Source: the human T2T-CHM13v2.0 reference genome, Homo sapiens
Assembly (NCBI RefSeq): GCF_009914755.1
Contig: NC_060939.1
Length of the DNA stretch: 64,000 nt
Direction: 5' to 3' (one strand)
A program made the position numbers and the translations under genes. Shown piece after piece: positions 34,373-51,110 of this stretch; position 1 is the first letter of the stretch, and every line of letters starts with the position of its first letter. The notes under the pieces were generated by a model, which did not search any database, was not told the DNA's origin, and saw nothing but the letters and a program-made list of their open reading frames with translations.

Positions 34373-34703
34373 TGATAGCAACAGAAGACAAACTCCTAGG
34401 CAGACAGGGATGGGTGCACTGGTGAAACTCGACCTTCAAGGAAACAACAGTCTAAAAAGCCTGAAAACTGAGCTACCAGTTCCAGAAAGAATTCATGGAC
34501 TAGAGTGAGAACTTCCATCCCTGTCTAACCTGCTCTCTATTGGTTCTTTGAGAATGATGCCTTTTAACCAATTGAATGGTGTCTTTTCCAAGCCCACCCA
34601 TGAACCAATCAGCATGCATTCTCCTGTTTTAAACCCATAAAAATCCCAGACTCAGCCTCACAGATGGCTACCTACTTTCAGGTTCCCTCTTGCTGCTGAT
34701 AGC
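34373..34703 (+). mobile_element. ERV LTR (LTR47-like), 3'-truncated
   Basis: Starts TGATAGCAACAG...CCTAGGCAGACAGGG; CCAAT boxes and CCCATAAAAA TATA-like motif; ends abruptly where L1 resumes. Confidence 0.75.
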
Positions 34704-35642
34704 AAGACCAGAAAACAAAGAACAAAATGGCAAGAGTAAGTCTTTATATAATCAATAACAACACTGAATGTAAATGGACTAAATTCTCCAATCAAAAGAC
34801 ACAGAGTGGCTAAATGGATACAAAAATTAAGACCCAGCGATTTGTTGCCTACAAGAAACACACTTCACCTATAAACACATAGATTAAAAAGATTTAAAAA
34901 AATTCCATGTCAAAGAAAACAAACAAAAATAGCAGTAGTTGCTACACTTATGTCAGACAAAATAGATTTCAAGACAAAACTAGAAGAAGAGACAAAGATG
35001 GTCACTCTATAATAATAATGAGTTTAATTCAGCATGAGGATGTAAGAATGTTACATACATATGCATCCAACACTGAAGTACTCAGATATATTAAGCCAGT
35101 ATTATTAGAGCTAAAGAGAGAGACAGGCTCCAATATAATAATACCTGGAGAATGCAACATCACACTTTCAGCATTGGATAAATCTTCCAGACAGAAAACC
35201 AACAAAGAAATCTCAGGCCTAATCTGCACTATAAACCAAATGGACACAATGGATATTTACAGAACATTTTATCCAATGGCTTCAGAATACACATTTTGCT
35301 CTGCAGTGCATGAATCATTCTCATGGATAGACCATATGTTAGGTCACAAAACAAGTCTTAACACATTTTAAAAATTAAAATAATATCAAGCATCTTTTGT
35401 GACTACAATAAAAAAACCTAGAAATCAATAACAAGACAAATTTTTGAAACTATACAAACACATAGAATTTAAACAATATGCTCCTGAAAGGCCAGTGGGT
35501 CAATGGGGATATTAATAAATAAATTGAAATATTTCTGTAATATGTCACAATGGAAATACTTAGGATTTACAGTAAAAGCAGTACTAAAAGTTTATAACTA
35601 AAAGTGTCTACATAAAAAAATTCAAATGAACAACTTCATGAC

Positions 35643-36941
35643 AGATTTAATGCAATTTCCATGAAAATACCACCAGTATTCTTCACAGAACTAGAAAAAA
35701 AACCCTAAAATTAATATGGATCAAAAAAGTGCCTACATAGCCAAAGTAATACTAACCAAACAAATAAATAAAAAATATGGGGTCATCACATTACCCTACT
35801 TCAAATTATACTACAAGGCTATAGTTATCAAAACAACATGGTATTGGTATTAAAATTTACACACAGACCAATGAAGCAAAATACAGAATCCAGAAATTAA
35901 GCCAAACACAGGCAACTAAACTAATCATCAACAAGGCATATAAAGACACAAATTGGGGAAAGAACACCCTATTCAATAAATGGTGCTAGGAAATACTGGC
36001 AAGCCACACACAGAGGAATAAAACTGGATCCCCATCTCTGACCTTATACAAAAATCAATTCAAGATGGATCAAATATTTCAATCTAAGGCCTGAAAGCAT
36101 ACGAATTCTAAATGATAACATAAGAAAAAAAACTCTTCTCGACATTGATTTAGGCAAAGAATTCATGACTAAGACCCCAAAAGCAAATGCAACAAAAACA
36201 AACATAAATAAATGGGACCTAATTTAACTAAAAAGCTTCTGCACAGCAAAGGAAATAAGCAGCAGAGTACACAGACAACCCACAGAGTAGCAGAATATAT
36301 TTGCAAACTACACATCTGACAAAAAGCTAGTATCCAGAATCTATAAGGAACTCAAAGAAATTAGCAAAATAATAATTCCATCAAAAAGTAGGCAAAGAAA
36401 ATGAATATATATTTTTTCAAAAGAAGATATACAAACAGCTAATAACAACCTAAAAATGCTCAACATCAATAATCAAGGAAATACAAATGAAAACCACAGT
36501 TAGATATCAAATAACTCCTACAAAAATGGCCATTTTTTGTAGGCCAAAAAAAGTCAAGAAAACAACAGATGTTGGCATTGGATGTGGTGAAATGGGAACA
36601 CTTAACAAAATAATGTCATTTGCAGCAACTTGGATGGAGCCGAAGGTCATTATTCTAAGTGAAATAACTCAGAAATGGAAAACTAGATATCGTATGTTCT
36701 TACATATAAGTGGGAGCTAATCTATGAGGATGCAAAGGCATAAGAATAATGTAAAAGACTTTGGGGACTTGAGGGGGAAGGCTGGGAGGCGGGTGAGGGA
36801 TAAAAAACTACATATTAAGTACAGTGTGCACTGCTCAGGTGACAAGTGCACTGAAATCTCAGAAAACACACTAAAGAACTTATCCATGTCATGAAAAACC
36901 ACCTGTATTTCCAAAACAATTGACACTTTAAAAAAAAAAAA
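35643..36941 (+). mobile_element. L1PB-like 3' fragment inserted in the host L1
   Basis: ORF2 end, L1PB-type 3'UTR and poly-A; diverged TSD AACTTCATGAC / AACCTAATGAC. Confidence 0.8.
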
Positions 36942-37146
36942 ACCTAATGACGTATCTTAGAGAGCTAGAAAAACAAGAGCAAACCAAACCAAAATTAGAA
37001 GAAAAGAAATAATAAAGATCAAAGCAGAAATAAATGAATTTGAAATAAAATACAAAAGGTCAATAAAATGCAAAGTTGTTTTCTGGAAAAAAAAAAGAAA
37101 CCTGACAGACCTTTACTCAGACTAAGAAAAAAAAAAAAAAAAACTC

Positions 37147-37453
37147 AGCAGGCAGTGGCTCATGCCTGTAATCCCAGGACTTTAGGAGGCTGAGGCGGGC
37201 GGCTGGATCACCTGAGGTCAGGAGTTCAAGATCAGCCTGGCCAACATGGCAAAACCCCGTCTCTATTAAAAAACACAAAAATTAGCCAGGCATGGTGGTG
37301 GGCGCCTGTAATCTCACCTACTCAGGAGGCTGAGGCAGGTAGAATTGCTTGAACTCGGGAGGCGGAGGTTGCAGTAAGCTGAGATCGAGCCACTGCACTC
37401 CAGCCTGGGCAACAGAGCAAGTCTCCATCTCAAAAATAAATAAATAAATAAAA
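37147..37453 (+). mobile_element. AluSx/Sz-like element
   Basis: Alu dimer with (AAAT)n tail. Confidence 0.94.
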
Positions 37454-38160
37454 GAATAAAAGGAAAAGACTCAAATAATATCAAAGATGAAAAAGGAGAC
37501 ATTTCAACTCTACAACTTATACTGCAGGAATTCAAAAGATCATTAGTGAGTACTATGAGCAGATAGATGCCATAAATTGGAAAATCTAGAACAAATGGAT
37601 AAATTTCTAGACACATAGAACCTAAGAAGATTGAATTATTAAGAAATCCACAACCTGAATACACAAACAAGACGTGATGAGATCCATAATACAAAGCCTC
37701 CCATCAAAGAAAAGCCTGAAATCTGATGGTTTCACTGAATTTGACAAAACATGTATAAAACTAATAGCAATCCCACTTAAACTATTTCAAAACAGAGGAG
37801 GAGGAAATACTTTCAACCTCGTTCTGTAAGGCAAGCATTACTCTCATACTAAAATCAGACAAATGCATATCAAAAAAATCTATAGGCCAATATCAGCAAT
37901 AGATGCAAAATTTCTCATAAAAATACTGGCAAGTAAAATTCAGCAACAGATTAAAAGTTTATTATTCCTCATCATCAAGTAGGATTTATCTCATGGATGC
38001 AAAGATACTTCAACATATGCAAATCAATTAATGTAATATACCATATCAACAAAAGAAAGAACAAAAACCACATGATCATTTTAATTGATCCTGAAAATCA
38101 TTTGACAAAATTTAATATCTCCTCATGAAAGAAACCCTCAAAACTATAGAAGAAACATAC

Positions 38161-38942
38161 ATGCAGCCAAAAAACACATGAAAAAATGCTCACCATCACT
38201 GGCCATCAGAGAAATGCAAATCAAAACCACAATGAGATACCATCTCACACCAGTTAGAATGGCAATCATTAAAAAGTCAGGAAACAACAGGTGCTGGAGA
38301 GGATGTGGAGAAATAGGAACACTTTTATACTGTTGGTGGGACTGTAAACTAGTTCAACCATTGTGGAAGTCAGTGTGGCGATTCCTCAGGGATCTAGAAC
38401 TAGAAATACCATTTGACCCAGCCATCCCATTACTGGGTATATACCCAAAGGACTATAAATCATGCTGCTATAAAGACACATGCACATGTATGTTTATTGC
38501 AGCACTATTCACAATAGCAAAGACTTGGAACCAACCCAAATGTCCAACAATGATAGACTGGATTAAGAAAATGTGGCACATATACACCACGGAATACTAT
38601 GCAGCCATAAAAAATGATGAGTTCATGTCCTTTGTAGGGACATGGATGAAATTGGAAATCATCATTCTCAGTAAACTATCGCAAGACCAAAAAACCAAAC
38701 ACCACATATTCTCACTCATAGGTGGGAGTTGAACAATGAGAACACATGGACCCAGGAAGGGGAACATCACACTCTGGGGACTGTTGTGGGGTGGGGGGAG
38801 GGGGGAGGGATAGCTTTAGGAGATATACCTAATGCTAAATGACGAGTTAATGGGTGCAGCACACCAGCATACCACATGTATACATATGTAACTAACCTGC
38901 ACATTGTGCACATGTACCCTAAAACTTAAAGTATAATAAAAA
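38161..38942 (+). mobile_element. Young 5'-truncated L1PA (L1PA3-like) with 11-bp TSD
   Basis: Open ORF2 C-terminus 38178-38732; 3'UTR GCTAAATGACGAGTTAATGGG; TSD AAGAAACATAC at 38150-38160 and 38943-38953. Confidence 0.95.
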
Positions 38943-39614
38943 AAGAAACATACCTCAGCATATAAAAGTTATATATAGATATATATATATCACATATAGT
39001 ATGATACTAAATGGGGAAAAATGAAAAGCTTTTCCTCTAAGATTGACAACATGACAGAGATGCACACTTTCACTACTGTTATTCAACACATGGCAGCTAG
39101 AGCAATTAGCAAGAGAAAAAATAAAGGGCAAGCAAATTGGAAAGGAAGAAGTCAAATTATGTCTGTTTGCAGATGATGTGGTCTTATATTTGGAAAATCC
39201 TAATTCACTAAAACACTATTAGAACTCACAATTTTAGTCAAGATATAGGATTAAAAAGTTAGCAGCATTTCTATATGCCAACAGTGAACAATGTGAAAAA
39301 GAAATCAAGAGAGTGGTCCCATTTACGATAGCGTCAAATTAAAATTAAATACCTAGGAATTAACCAAAGACGTTAAAGATCTCTACAATGAATACTATAA
39401 AACATTGATGCAAGAAATTTAAAAAGACAAAAATATGTATTTTATGTTCATGAATAAGAATCAGTATTTTTAGTGTCTATATTAACCAATGCAATCTACA
39501 GACTTAATGCAACCCTATCAAAACATCGATACTCTTCACAGAAACAGGAAAAACAATCCTATAATGCAGACAGAACCACGAAAGACTCAGAATAGCCAAA
39601 GTTCTTGTAAGAAA

Positions 39615-39805
39615 AAATTTTGCCTTTATGTGCCTGGCTTATTTGTCTTACCATATGATCTCCAGTTCCATCCATGTTGTTGCAAATAACAGGATCTTAT
39701 TCTTTATAAGTGAAAAGTACTCCTGGGGGTGTGTATGTACATTTGCTTTATCCATTCATCTGTTGACATGTTGCTTCTAAATCTTGGCTAATGTAAACAA
39801 TGCTG
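39615..39805 (-). mobile_element. L1 ORF2-end fragment in opposite orientation
   Basis: TGTGCCTGGCTTATTT...CCAGTTCCATCCATGTTGTTGCAAATAACAGGATC. Confidence 0.8.
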
Positions 39806-39924
39806 TGTGAAAGGAAAACAAATCTTTGGACCCCAAAATCACTAAGCTAAAGGGAAAAGTCAAGTTGGGAACTGCTTAGGGCAAATCTGCTTCTCATTCT
39901 ATTCAGTCATCCCTCTGCTCACTG
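39806..39924 (+). mobile_element. MER4A-like ERV1 LTR, 5' stub
   Basis: TGTGAAAGGAAAACAAATCTTTGGACCCCAAAATCACTAAGCTAAAGGGAAAAGTCAAG matches the MER4A start. Confidence 0.8.
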
Positions 39925-40281
39925 CAAGTCCTACCAGTACACAGGAGAAAATTTAAAAATGAATAAAAGCAAAATAATTCAATGAAAACAAAAAAGCAAC
40001 TGTCATTACCTCCATAAGAGGTGACTGTGTAGGTAGAAAATCCAAATGTAACTGACTAGCTGTTAGCTTAACTGTACAAAACACTATTAATATTCCTAAA
40101 TTCTATCCATACTTAGAAAATAAAATACAATAGCAAACTTCACCTGCTCCACCCTATATTACTCCCTATGTTGATAACATTTGAGATGTCTCATGTAGCT
40201 GATTTATTTAAATATTTGCACCAATTCAGATTTAATCAAATTTTACTATTATTTTTACTTCTTTGTTTTTGCCGACTATTG

Positions 40282-40585
<304 letters not shown>

Positions 40586-41275
40586 TAGTATTTTTAATGC
40601 ATTTCTTTGAATTCATTTTCTCTTCTTTATGGAGTGCATCCTCCAGTTTTGTTTTTTTGGTTTTTTTTCCCCTCACAGAGTTTACAGGTAGTCAGTAGTA
40701 TATACTTCTGAATAAATTCTGTCTTAGGTTGGTTTCAGTGATAGTTTGCCTGACTGTAAATTTCTATTTCCAATGTTCTTTTCTGTGAGAACCCACTATT
40801 GATTTCTGCACTTCTTTTTGCTTCTGATGTCACCACCCTGATCAAATCAAAGTCTCTCTCATTCCTTTGAAGCAAATCAGTTTATATCATTCTGGTGATA
40901 TAAAATGTGACCTTCATGTTTCTGGGTATGCTTTTTGTTTTTGTTGTTTTCCATTTATCCATTTCAACATAACATGAACTTTTATAACAAAAGCACATTA
41001 TCCTTTTCCAGTTTCTGGAAGTTTTTCTCAATTATTTTTGTTACTAATTCTTTGAAATTTATTAAAACTGGCTTTATGCCAAGTAAAGTGGTAACTATTA
41101 CATATGCAATTTAAATGGCTGCATAATATTCTCTAATCACTATATATGTCCATTAAAATCAAAGTGGGAAATAATCTATTCGAATCTTCTATATCCTTAT
41201 CCTTTCACTTTATGTGTTCTACTTGTCCATTTTATCTAGTTTTTTTCCCTCTCTCTTCCTGCTTTTCTTTTGAAT

Positions 41276-41581
41276 TTATTTATTTATTTATTGAGACTGA
41301 GTCTCACTCTGTTCCCCAGGCTGGAGTGCAGCGGCATGATTTCGGCTTACTGCAACCTCTGCCTCCCGGATTCAAGTGATTCTCGTGCCTCTGCCTCCTG
41401 AGTAGCTGGGACAACAGGTGTAAGCCACCCACGCCCAGCTAATTTTTTTCTTTGTATTTTTAGAATAGAAGGAGTTTCACCATGTTGGCCAGGCTGGTCT
41501 TGAACTCCTGACCCCAGGTGATCCACCTGCCTTGGCCTCCCAAATTGCTGGGAATACAGGTGTGAACCACTCTGCCCAGTC
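41276..41581 (-). mobile_element. AluS element with 10-bp TSD
   Basis: TSD TCTTTTGAAT at 41266-41275 and 41582-41591. Confidence 0.95.
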
Positions 41582-42100
41582 TCTTTTGAATAATTTAAAT
41601 CCTTCTACCCTCACCCACCAATTCCATCTTTTTTCCTTTGATTGGTTTGGAAATTAAACCTCTATTGGTTTGGAATCTTTACTATTCTTTTAGTTGTTTT
41701 CCTTGAAATTTTACACTGCATTTTGCATTACAATTTAACAAAGGCTAAAATTAAGCTAATTTTAACTCCCTCCACAAAATAATGCAAACACTGTAGAATG
41801 CCTTCACTCTGATCACCTCATTTTTGTATTTATTTTCAGTTGTTCGCTTATTCTGTCTTGTTTCCTTTAATTCCACCAACCACAAACAGAAGTTGTTTTA
41901 CATACAGCTTTCTTATTGTTGCAAATACGTGATTAGAGTTTCAGATGTGTCATCTGCTTACTAGCTACTAGATTCTAACTATTCATAACTGCACTCCTTA
42001 ATCTTTTCCTTTCTTGCTAACCTTCTCTATTAACATTTCTTTATTGAAACTTTGTTGGTCTTAAATGCTCTTAAGTCTTAAAGATTATATTTTTCTGTAA

Positions 42101-42463
<363 letters not shown>

Positions 42464-42642
42464 TAATGATTATTGCCACTGACTCTCCTTCATGGTGGTT
42501 TGTTTCCTCTGTCTACAATTTTCCCTGGAACCTCTGCTGCTCCTGGTATGCACCACTCCAAACTCACTGAGGCCAGACTCTGAGGACACGCCCATCTTTT
42601 GTAGTCACTCTCGTGATTGTCGTTATTTGATGAATTTATTTT

Positions 42643-42945
<303 letters not shown>

Positions 42946-43239
42946 ATGAATTTATTTTATGGAAGAAGATAAACATACTAAAGATTTCATAATTATTTTT
43001 CACTAATGTTATACTAACAAGAAGTTACATTATTAAATAATTGCACTAATACTGGTGCTCAATATTAGATAGTGGTACAGTTACTTTTTTGTTCCTCCCA
43101 TATAAATTTCTCAGCTATGAATTTGTCTTGCCACAAAAGAGGCCTAAAGGATAAATCTATTCAGGCAGATTTGAGAAGAGTAGTTGACTCCCCCAAAATA
43201 CACATTTTCCTATTTCAACATCATTGTTAATGAAATGAA

Positions 43240-44000
<761 letters not shown>

Positions 44001-44634
44001 TCACATTGCTTGATACTTGAGGTCCACAGGAGCAGTAATAGTGACTAAAATTCACTGAGATTTACTAAGTTCCAGGTATTACTTTCATATATTAATTTGT
44101 TTAATCTTCATTAACATTTCCATGAGGAAGCAGTGAGGGAGGAAGGACATCTCTCTGGCCAGCCAAATTCCTGGCCAGCCAAATTCCCTTAAGTCAACCA
44201 TCAATCACTTACCATCGAGGTCGAGTTCATCCTCCTCCAAGGGAAGGCTGAAGATACTGATGGCGGCTCAGTTATGGTATCTCTCAGGGAAGGGAAAAAA
44301 CTGGCTTCTTCCCTAGAGAGTGGGGCCGTGATCAATGTGGCCATGATTAATGACACACATGTCCTTTTCATGATGAGTTTCATGGTGCATCGCATGCTAG
44401 CCTACAGACTGTACCTTTCCACTCTTCCTGTTTTACTTTGCAATGATATTCACTAGAAAAAGGATCTTTTTCTGGGCTAACAGGCAGCCAATCTTCCAGC
44501 AAATGAACTGGGTCACTTAATGAAGAACCATAAGTTGTCATCAATAGTGATGCAGACTTCTCAATGATCAGGTTTGCAGGTTTACAAAGACAGATCAGTA
44601 GTTCTTCATGACAAAGAACAGTAAATGATTATGA

Positions 44635-45029
<395 letters not shown>

Positions 45030-46269
45030 TAACCAGTGCTTGACTCTGAAATCTGTTAACTGTATGTCTTCTATGTCTGAAAGTATAAGTATTTTTTTTC
45101 CAATTCCTATGCTAAGTGCTCTATTTACTTCCTTATCTCATGTGAACCTTACAAACCATACGAACGTATTTTTTAGAAATTTTCCTTGAAACTTTAAGAA
45201 AGCAAATGGCAATGTGGTGTGTGCTTTCTTAAACTTCCTTAAAACTTTATTCAGTGTATCCTCTTCCCAGCCTCACTTTTTGTGACTCTTGGCAATGACT
45301 GCATCTTTCACACCATAGAAAATAACCTGCTCTGAAACATCAACGCTCACAAGCTGGTCTTACCAGAACCTCCATGAACCAAATGCTGCAAAGAAGCCTC
45401 AGAATCACAGATGCATAACATCTAGCTAGCCTGATAACATTACACAGCTGTTTATTTTTTATTTTTATGTCTATTACTTTTAGTGTAGCAGTTTTCTTAT
45501 ACTCAAATGTCTAAACATTGAAAACTCAGCCAATGCAAAGCTATGCAACAAACCCTTTGACAGCCTTCGCACATTTGAACAGTATTATTTTTCTTAAATG
45601 AGCCAATTCTGAGACACAAATTTCATAATTCTTGAAAGATTTTCTTCCACAATAGAAATTTTGGTTAAAATGATTTATTTGACCCGAATCAAATTATGGA
45701 ATTATGTTCTAAAACTAACTGTATTACATTTATTACATCTATTGGCCCTCAAGCCAAAATTCTGCCAGCATTTCTCGTCTTCGTGCTGTGCTCACAAGGA
45801 CCAGCAGCATGTGCTAATACTGACTGTCTGCCCAGTAACATGCTAGAGTATGAGGAAGGCACCTCAGGCACATGGAGGCAATAGCTGCAACTGGGTCAAG
45901 GCACATGCCCTATTTCTTCATCACTCACACACTCAGAAATCCACAATGGGGAATATGCATTTTGCATGGAAGAAGAAAAAAATGACTCAATCCTAGCTAG
46001 GGGGATTCCCACCTCACTCCCTCACAGCACTCTCTACCCAACCACCTTCCCTCGCCACACTCAGACATGCTCACACCTACACACAAGGATGATCTGGCCA
46101 CTTCTCCCATTAATTCACCACTCCTAGAAAAACTGTATTTGGCTTAACTTTATCAAGCTGTCTGGCTGCCTGAAGATTTATAGATGTCAAAATAAAAAAC
46201 TAATTACAACTCGGAATACCGCAGTAGCACCTGATTTAATGTCTAAGGCAGCAGGCCAGTGAACATACT

Positions 46270-46748
46270 GAGAAAGGAGAACCCTCACACACTCTCCATA
46301 AAGGAGCCATGATGAGGATCAGCATGGAGGATCCTCAGAAAACTAAAACTAGAGTTACTATATGCCCACAATCCCACTGATGGGTATACATCCAAAAGAA
46401 AAAAAACAATATATCAAAAAGATATCTGCACTCCCATGTTTATCTCAGCCCTATTCACAACAGCCAATATATGGAGTCAACCTAAGTGCCCATAACAGAT
46501 GAATGCATAAAGAAATGTGGTATGTATACACAATGGAATACTATTCAGCCATAAAAAAGAATGGGATCCTGTCATTTGCAGCTACAAGGCATAACTGGGG
46601 ATCATTGTGTTAAGTGAAATAATCCAGGCACAGAAAGAAAAATATTACATGTTCTTAGTCATATGTGAGAGCTGAAAAAGTGGATCTTATGAAGACAGAG
46701 AATAAACTGATGATTACCAGAAGCTGGGAAGGATTTGGCAGGGGAGGG
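46270..46748 (+). mobile_element. L1MA-type ORF2-end fragment, cut in the 3'UTR
   Basis: GATATCTGCACTCCCATGTTTAT...CAATGGAATACTATTCAGCCATAAAAAAGAATG. Confidence 0.85.
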
Positions 46749-46887
46749 CTCAGGAGGCTGAGGCAGGAGAATTGCTGGAACCCAGGAGGTGGAGGTTGCA
46801 GTGAGCCAAGATCGTGCCATTGCACTCCAGGCTGGGGGACAAGAGCGAGACTTCATCTCAAAAATAAAATCATAAAATAAAATAAAA
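46749..46887 (+). mobile_element. Partial Alu (right monomer only)
   Basis: Starts mid-element at CTCAGGAGGCTGAGGCAGGAGAAT; A-rich tail; no TSD. Confidence 0.9.
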
Positions 46888-47212
46888 TTGAAAAAAGTTC
46901 CCGGTTATCATGTTGTTGAGTAGTACTTAATCAGAATATACTTGAAAACAAAAGATTCTTTGTGGTTTTTTAACTCTTGGTAATTAATCCATTTTAGGCA
47001 GTCTTAAAAAAATGATGTAGGACAGGGAAACCAATATGAAATGGGTAGTCTGAAAAGCAGTTATTAGATATTGACCATCATTTTAGGAAAGGCAGGCTAT
47101 TTACCCCACTATATGCTCCCAGGTAAACTTGTCTTCAATTCCTGTTAAGTCAAACGGGAAAAACCAAACTTGCCATCTCTCTATATTTACTATCATTTAA
47201 AAAATTCTGTTA

Positions 47213-47449
<237 letters not shown>

Positions 47450-48163
47450 TTATTTTAAAAGCAACAGGCATTCTAAAGGGTAATTTGACAACATGCACAA
47501 AAAATCTCAAGATATTACTCTTTGAACCACAAAAGCACTTTTAGGACTATTCTAAGAGAACTACTGGATGAGGATATTAACCATAGGATTGTTTTTACTC
47601 ATGACTTCTTTGTGTCAGACAGAAGTTTATGATTTTTTAACGAATTCATTTTATTAATCTTTTCCTTTCTAGTTTATGGATTTTGAATGGATGAAAAAGG
47701 CCTTGCTTTGCCCATGTTTTTTTTTCTTTCTGATTTATGGGAGTCTATCCTCATAAATGGTATGAAAATATTTTTTCAGATCATTACTCAGTTTTATCAA
47801 CACCATTTATTGAAAGTCCATCCTAATCTTGATTTCAAATACCACTTTTATCATATATTATGTTCCCATATGTATTAAAGCCTGGTTTACTTTTTATATA
47901 GTCTGCTCAAGACTCAGTGTGCTTCTTTAACTTCAAGATTAATGTCATTCATCAACTCTAGAAAACATTCATCCTTTACCCTTTCAAATATTACTTCTTC
48001 CCATTCTCACTGAGCTCAATTTCTAGGGAACACCTACTAGACATATTTTGGAACTTCTCATTCTATCTTCTGCATCTCTTAATCTCTTTCATATTTTCCA
48101 TTTCTTTGTCTGTAATGACTGTATGCTAGGTAATTTGCTTAGAAACTACCTTCAGCTATAAAC

Positions 48164-48478
<315 letters not shown>

Positions 48479-48752
48479 TAATTTTTTTTAAGTATACATG
48501 TTTTCTTTTACACTTAGTGTATCTATGAGTATTGTGATTTGGGAAGGAGACTGTATTAACTCAGCCCATCATGCTGCTGGTACCAGGTCAGCATTTTAAA
48601 AATATTAATGGAAACAACCTAGATATCATTTGATAGGAGAAAAACATATACATGTGCATAGATAAATGACTGGGAGACTATACACCATACGTTAACTGAA
48701 TTATTTCTGAGCAGGAGGATAAACAATTTTTAATTTTTTTTTACTTTCTTTA

Positions 48753-49119
<367 letters not shown>

Positions 49120-49429
49120 CTACCTTCATTTTTTTAAAACAGAAAATGGGTCTCCAAAAGCATCAGTGGGAATTTAGAACAAAAATAAGATCTAACATTT
49201 ATTAAACACTTTACAAGTACCAGATACTGTCCTAAGTATACTATATATATTAGATCACATAATCTTCAAAAGCACAAAAGACTGCTTTGTAAGGAAAGGT
49301 AGGATCTTAGAAAAAAAGGAGTAATAAAAACATTTTCCTAGAAAAATAGAAAAATGGCCAGGATGCCCTCAGTGATGTTAAATTTAAAAATTGTTTGTTT
49401 TGATGTACTCATCTTTATATGTATTTCTA

Positions 49430-49922
<493 letters not shown>

Positions 49923-50762
49923 TAGGTAATATGAATATTCTGTACAGAAAATATGCCCTTAATTACATAGGAATAAACGTTTGCTACACTAAGAAAAATC
50001 TAACAAAGCTAAAAATAAAAATTAATTTGGAAAGTACATTATATACCCATACATTCTTATGTTTATACATTCTTTCATATATTCATATATTCTTTTAACA
50101 GTATCAATGGTTTGGAGTTATGTGTACAAAACCATGACCTATATGTAATACAACTAACAACAGGCACTTACAATTCAAGGCATATGATATACAAAGCTTT
50201 AACTTCTCATCATCAGATTTTGTTTTTTTCTTTCTGTTTTGGCAGATACTGTGAACACAACATTCAACTCACAGACACTATGGAGACCTTACTAAGCATA
50301 AGGTACTGTGAAATGTACTTTAAAAGATTCAGCAAACTACTCTCACTGTATCATCATAGAGTCAGTGTCTAACCATGAAGATCTTTTTGTTCACAAGCTA
50401 AATGCCATGAAATGGGATTCAAAACAAATGTCCACAGAAATTTTATAGCAATACTGAAGTAGACTATATTTTCTGAGCCTTAATCTAAAAGAAGTTAAAA
50501 CCATTCATCTTTATGAGGGTTCTGAAAAGTGTTATAGTGTAGTAGAAAAGTTCTGCACTTAAAACCAAAAGACCTATGAATCAGGTGTGGGATCTCACAC
50601 AAGCCAGTTATTCACACTGAGTTGCATTTTCCTTAACTATCATCTGAAAATAATGTTTTCTTCATTCCCTGGTAGGTATTAAATGTGAAAACTTATGAAA
50701 GCAAGATGATAAAATATGATTTGTTACTACTATTATGGCAATCAACATATAAAACATATTCT

Positions 50763-50765
<3 letters not shown>

Positions 50766-50798
<33 letters not shown>
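50766..50798. repeat. (TA)n microsatellite
   Basis: About 16 TA units. Confidence 0.96.
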
Positions 50799-50804
<6 letters not shown>

Positions 50805-50964
50805 TATATAGAATAGGAGAAAAGTTGGGTCCCCAAACATGGCAATGTGATTATTAGATGCATCTTTCCTCATAGTCTTCTATCATATCTAACAAGTGGC
50901 CTAGTGGTAAACTCTGCTTCTCAACCAAAAAGAAAGCAGTCTACATTTCAAGGTTGTACTTTAC

Positions 50965-51110
50965 CTCATCATAAATTCCTCAAACTTTTAACTGGTAAGG
51001 TTAAGGCTGGACCGGTATGTATCTGCCACAGGTTTGTGCTCTGGAGGACCGAGGTATACAAGAAGTGTTGCCATTTATCAAAAGGTCATCTTCCAACAGC
51101 TTTATGATCC
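50965..51110 (-). pseudogene. NF1P: NF1 exon 35 (27a) copy
   Basis: GGATCATAAAGCTGTTGGAAGATGACC; TGA at 51086-51088; 146 nt vs 147. Confidence 0.94.

Larger units (their letters stand above)
32750..39610 (+). mobile_element. Host L1 (L1M1/L1MA-like): 5'UTR and ORF2, lacking ORF1, with nested insertions
   Basis: 5' start AGAGCAAGATGGCTAGATAGAAGGCTCC; endonuclease ORF 34907-35371 (DIYRTFYP...FSWIDHMLGHKTSL); ORF2 resumes at 36943, 37455 and 38954. Confidence 0.85.

Noticed and set aside
34907-38732. Active L1 from the endonuclease and ORF2 C-terminal ORFs
   Set aside because: They belong to different elements; ORF1 missing and ORF2 interrupted
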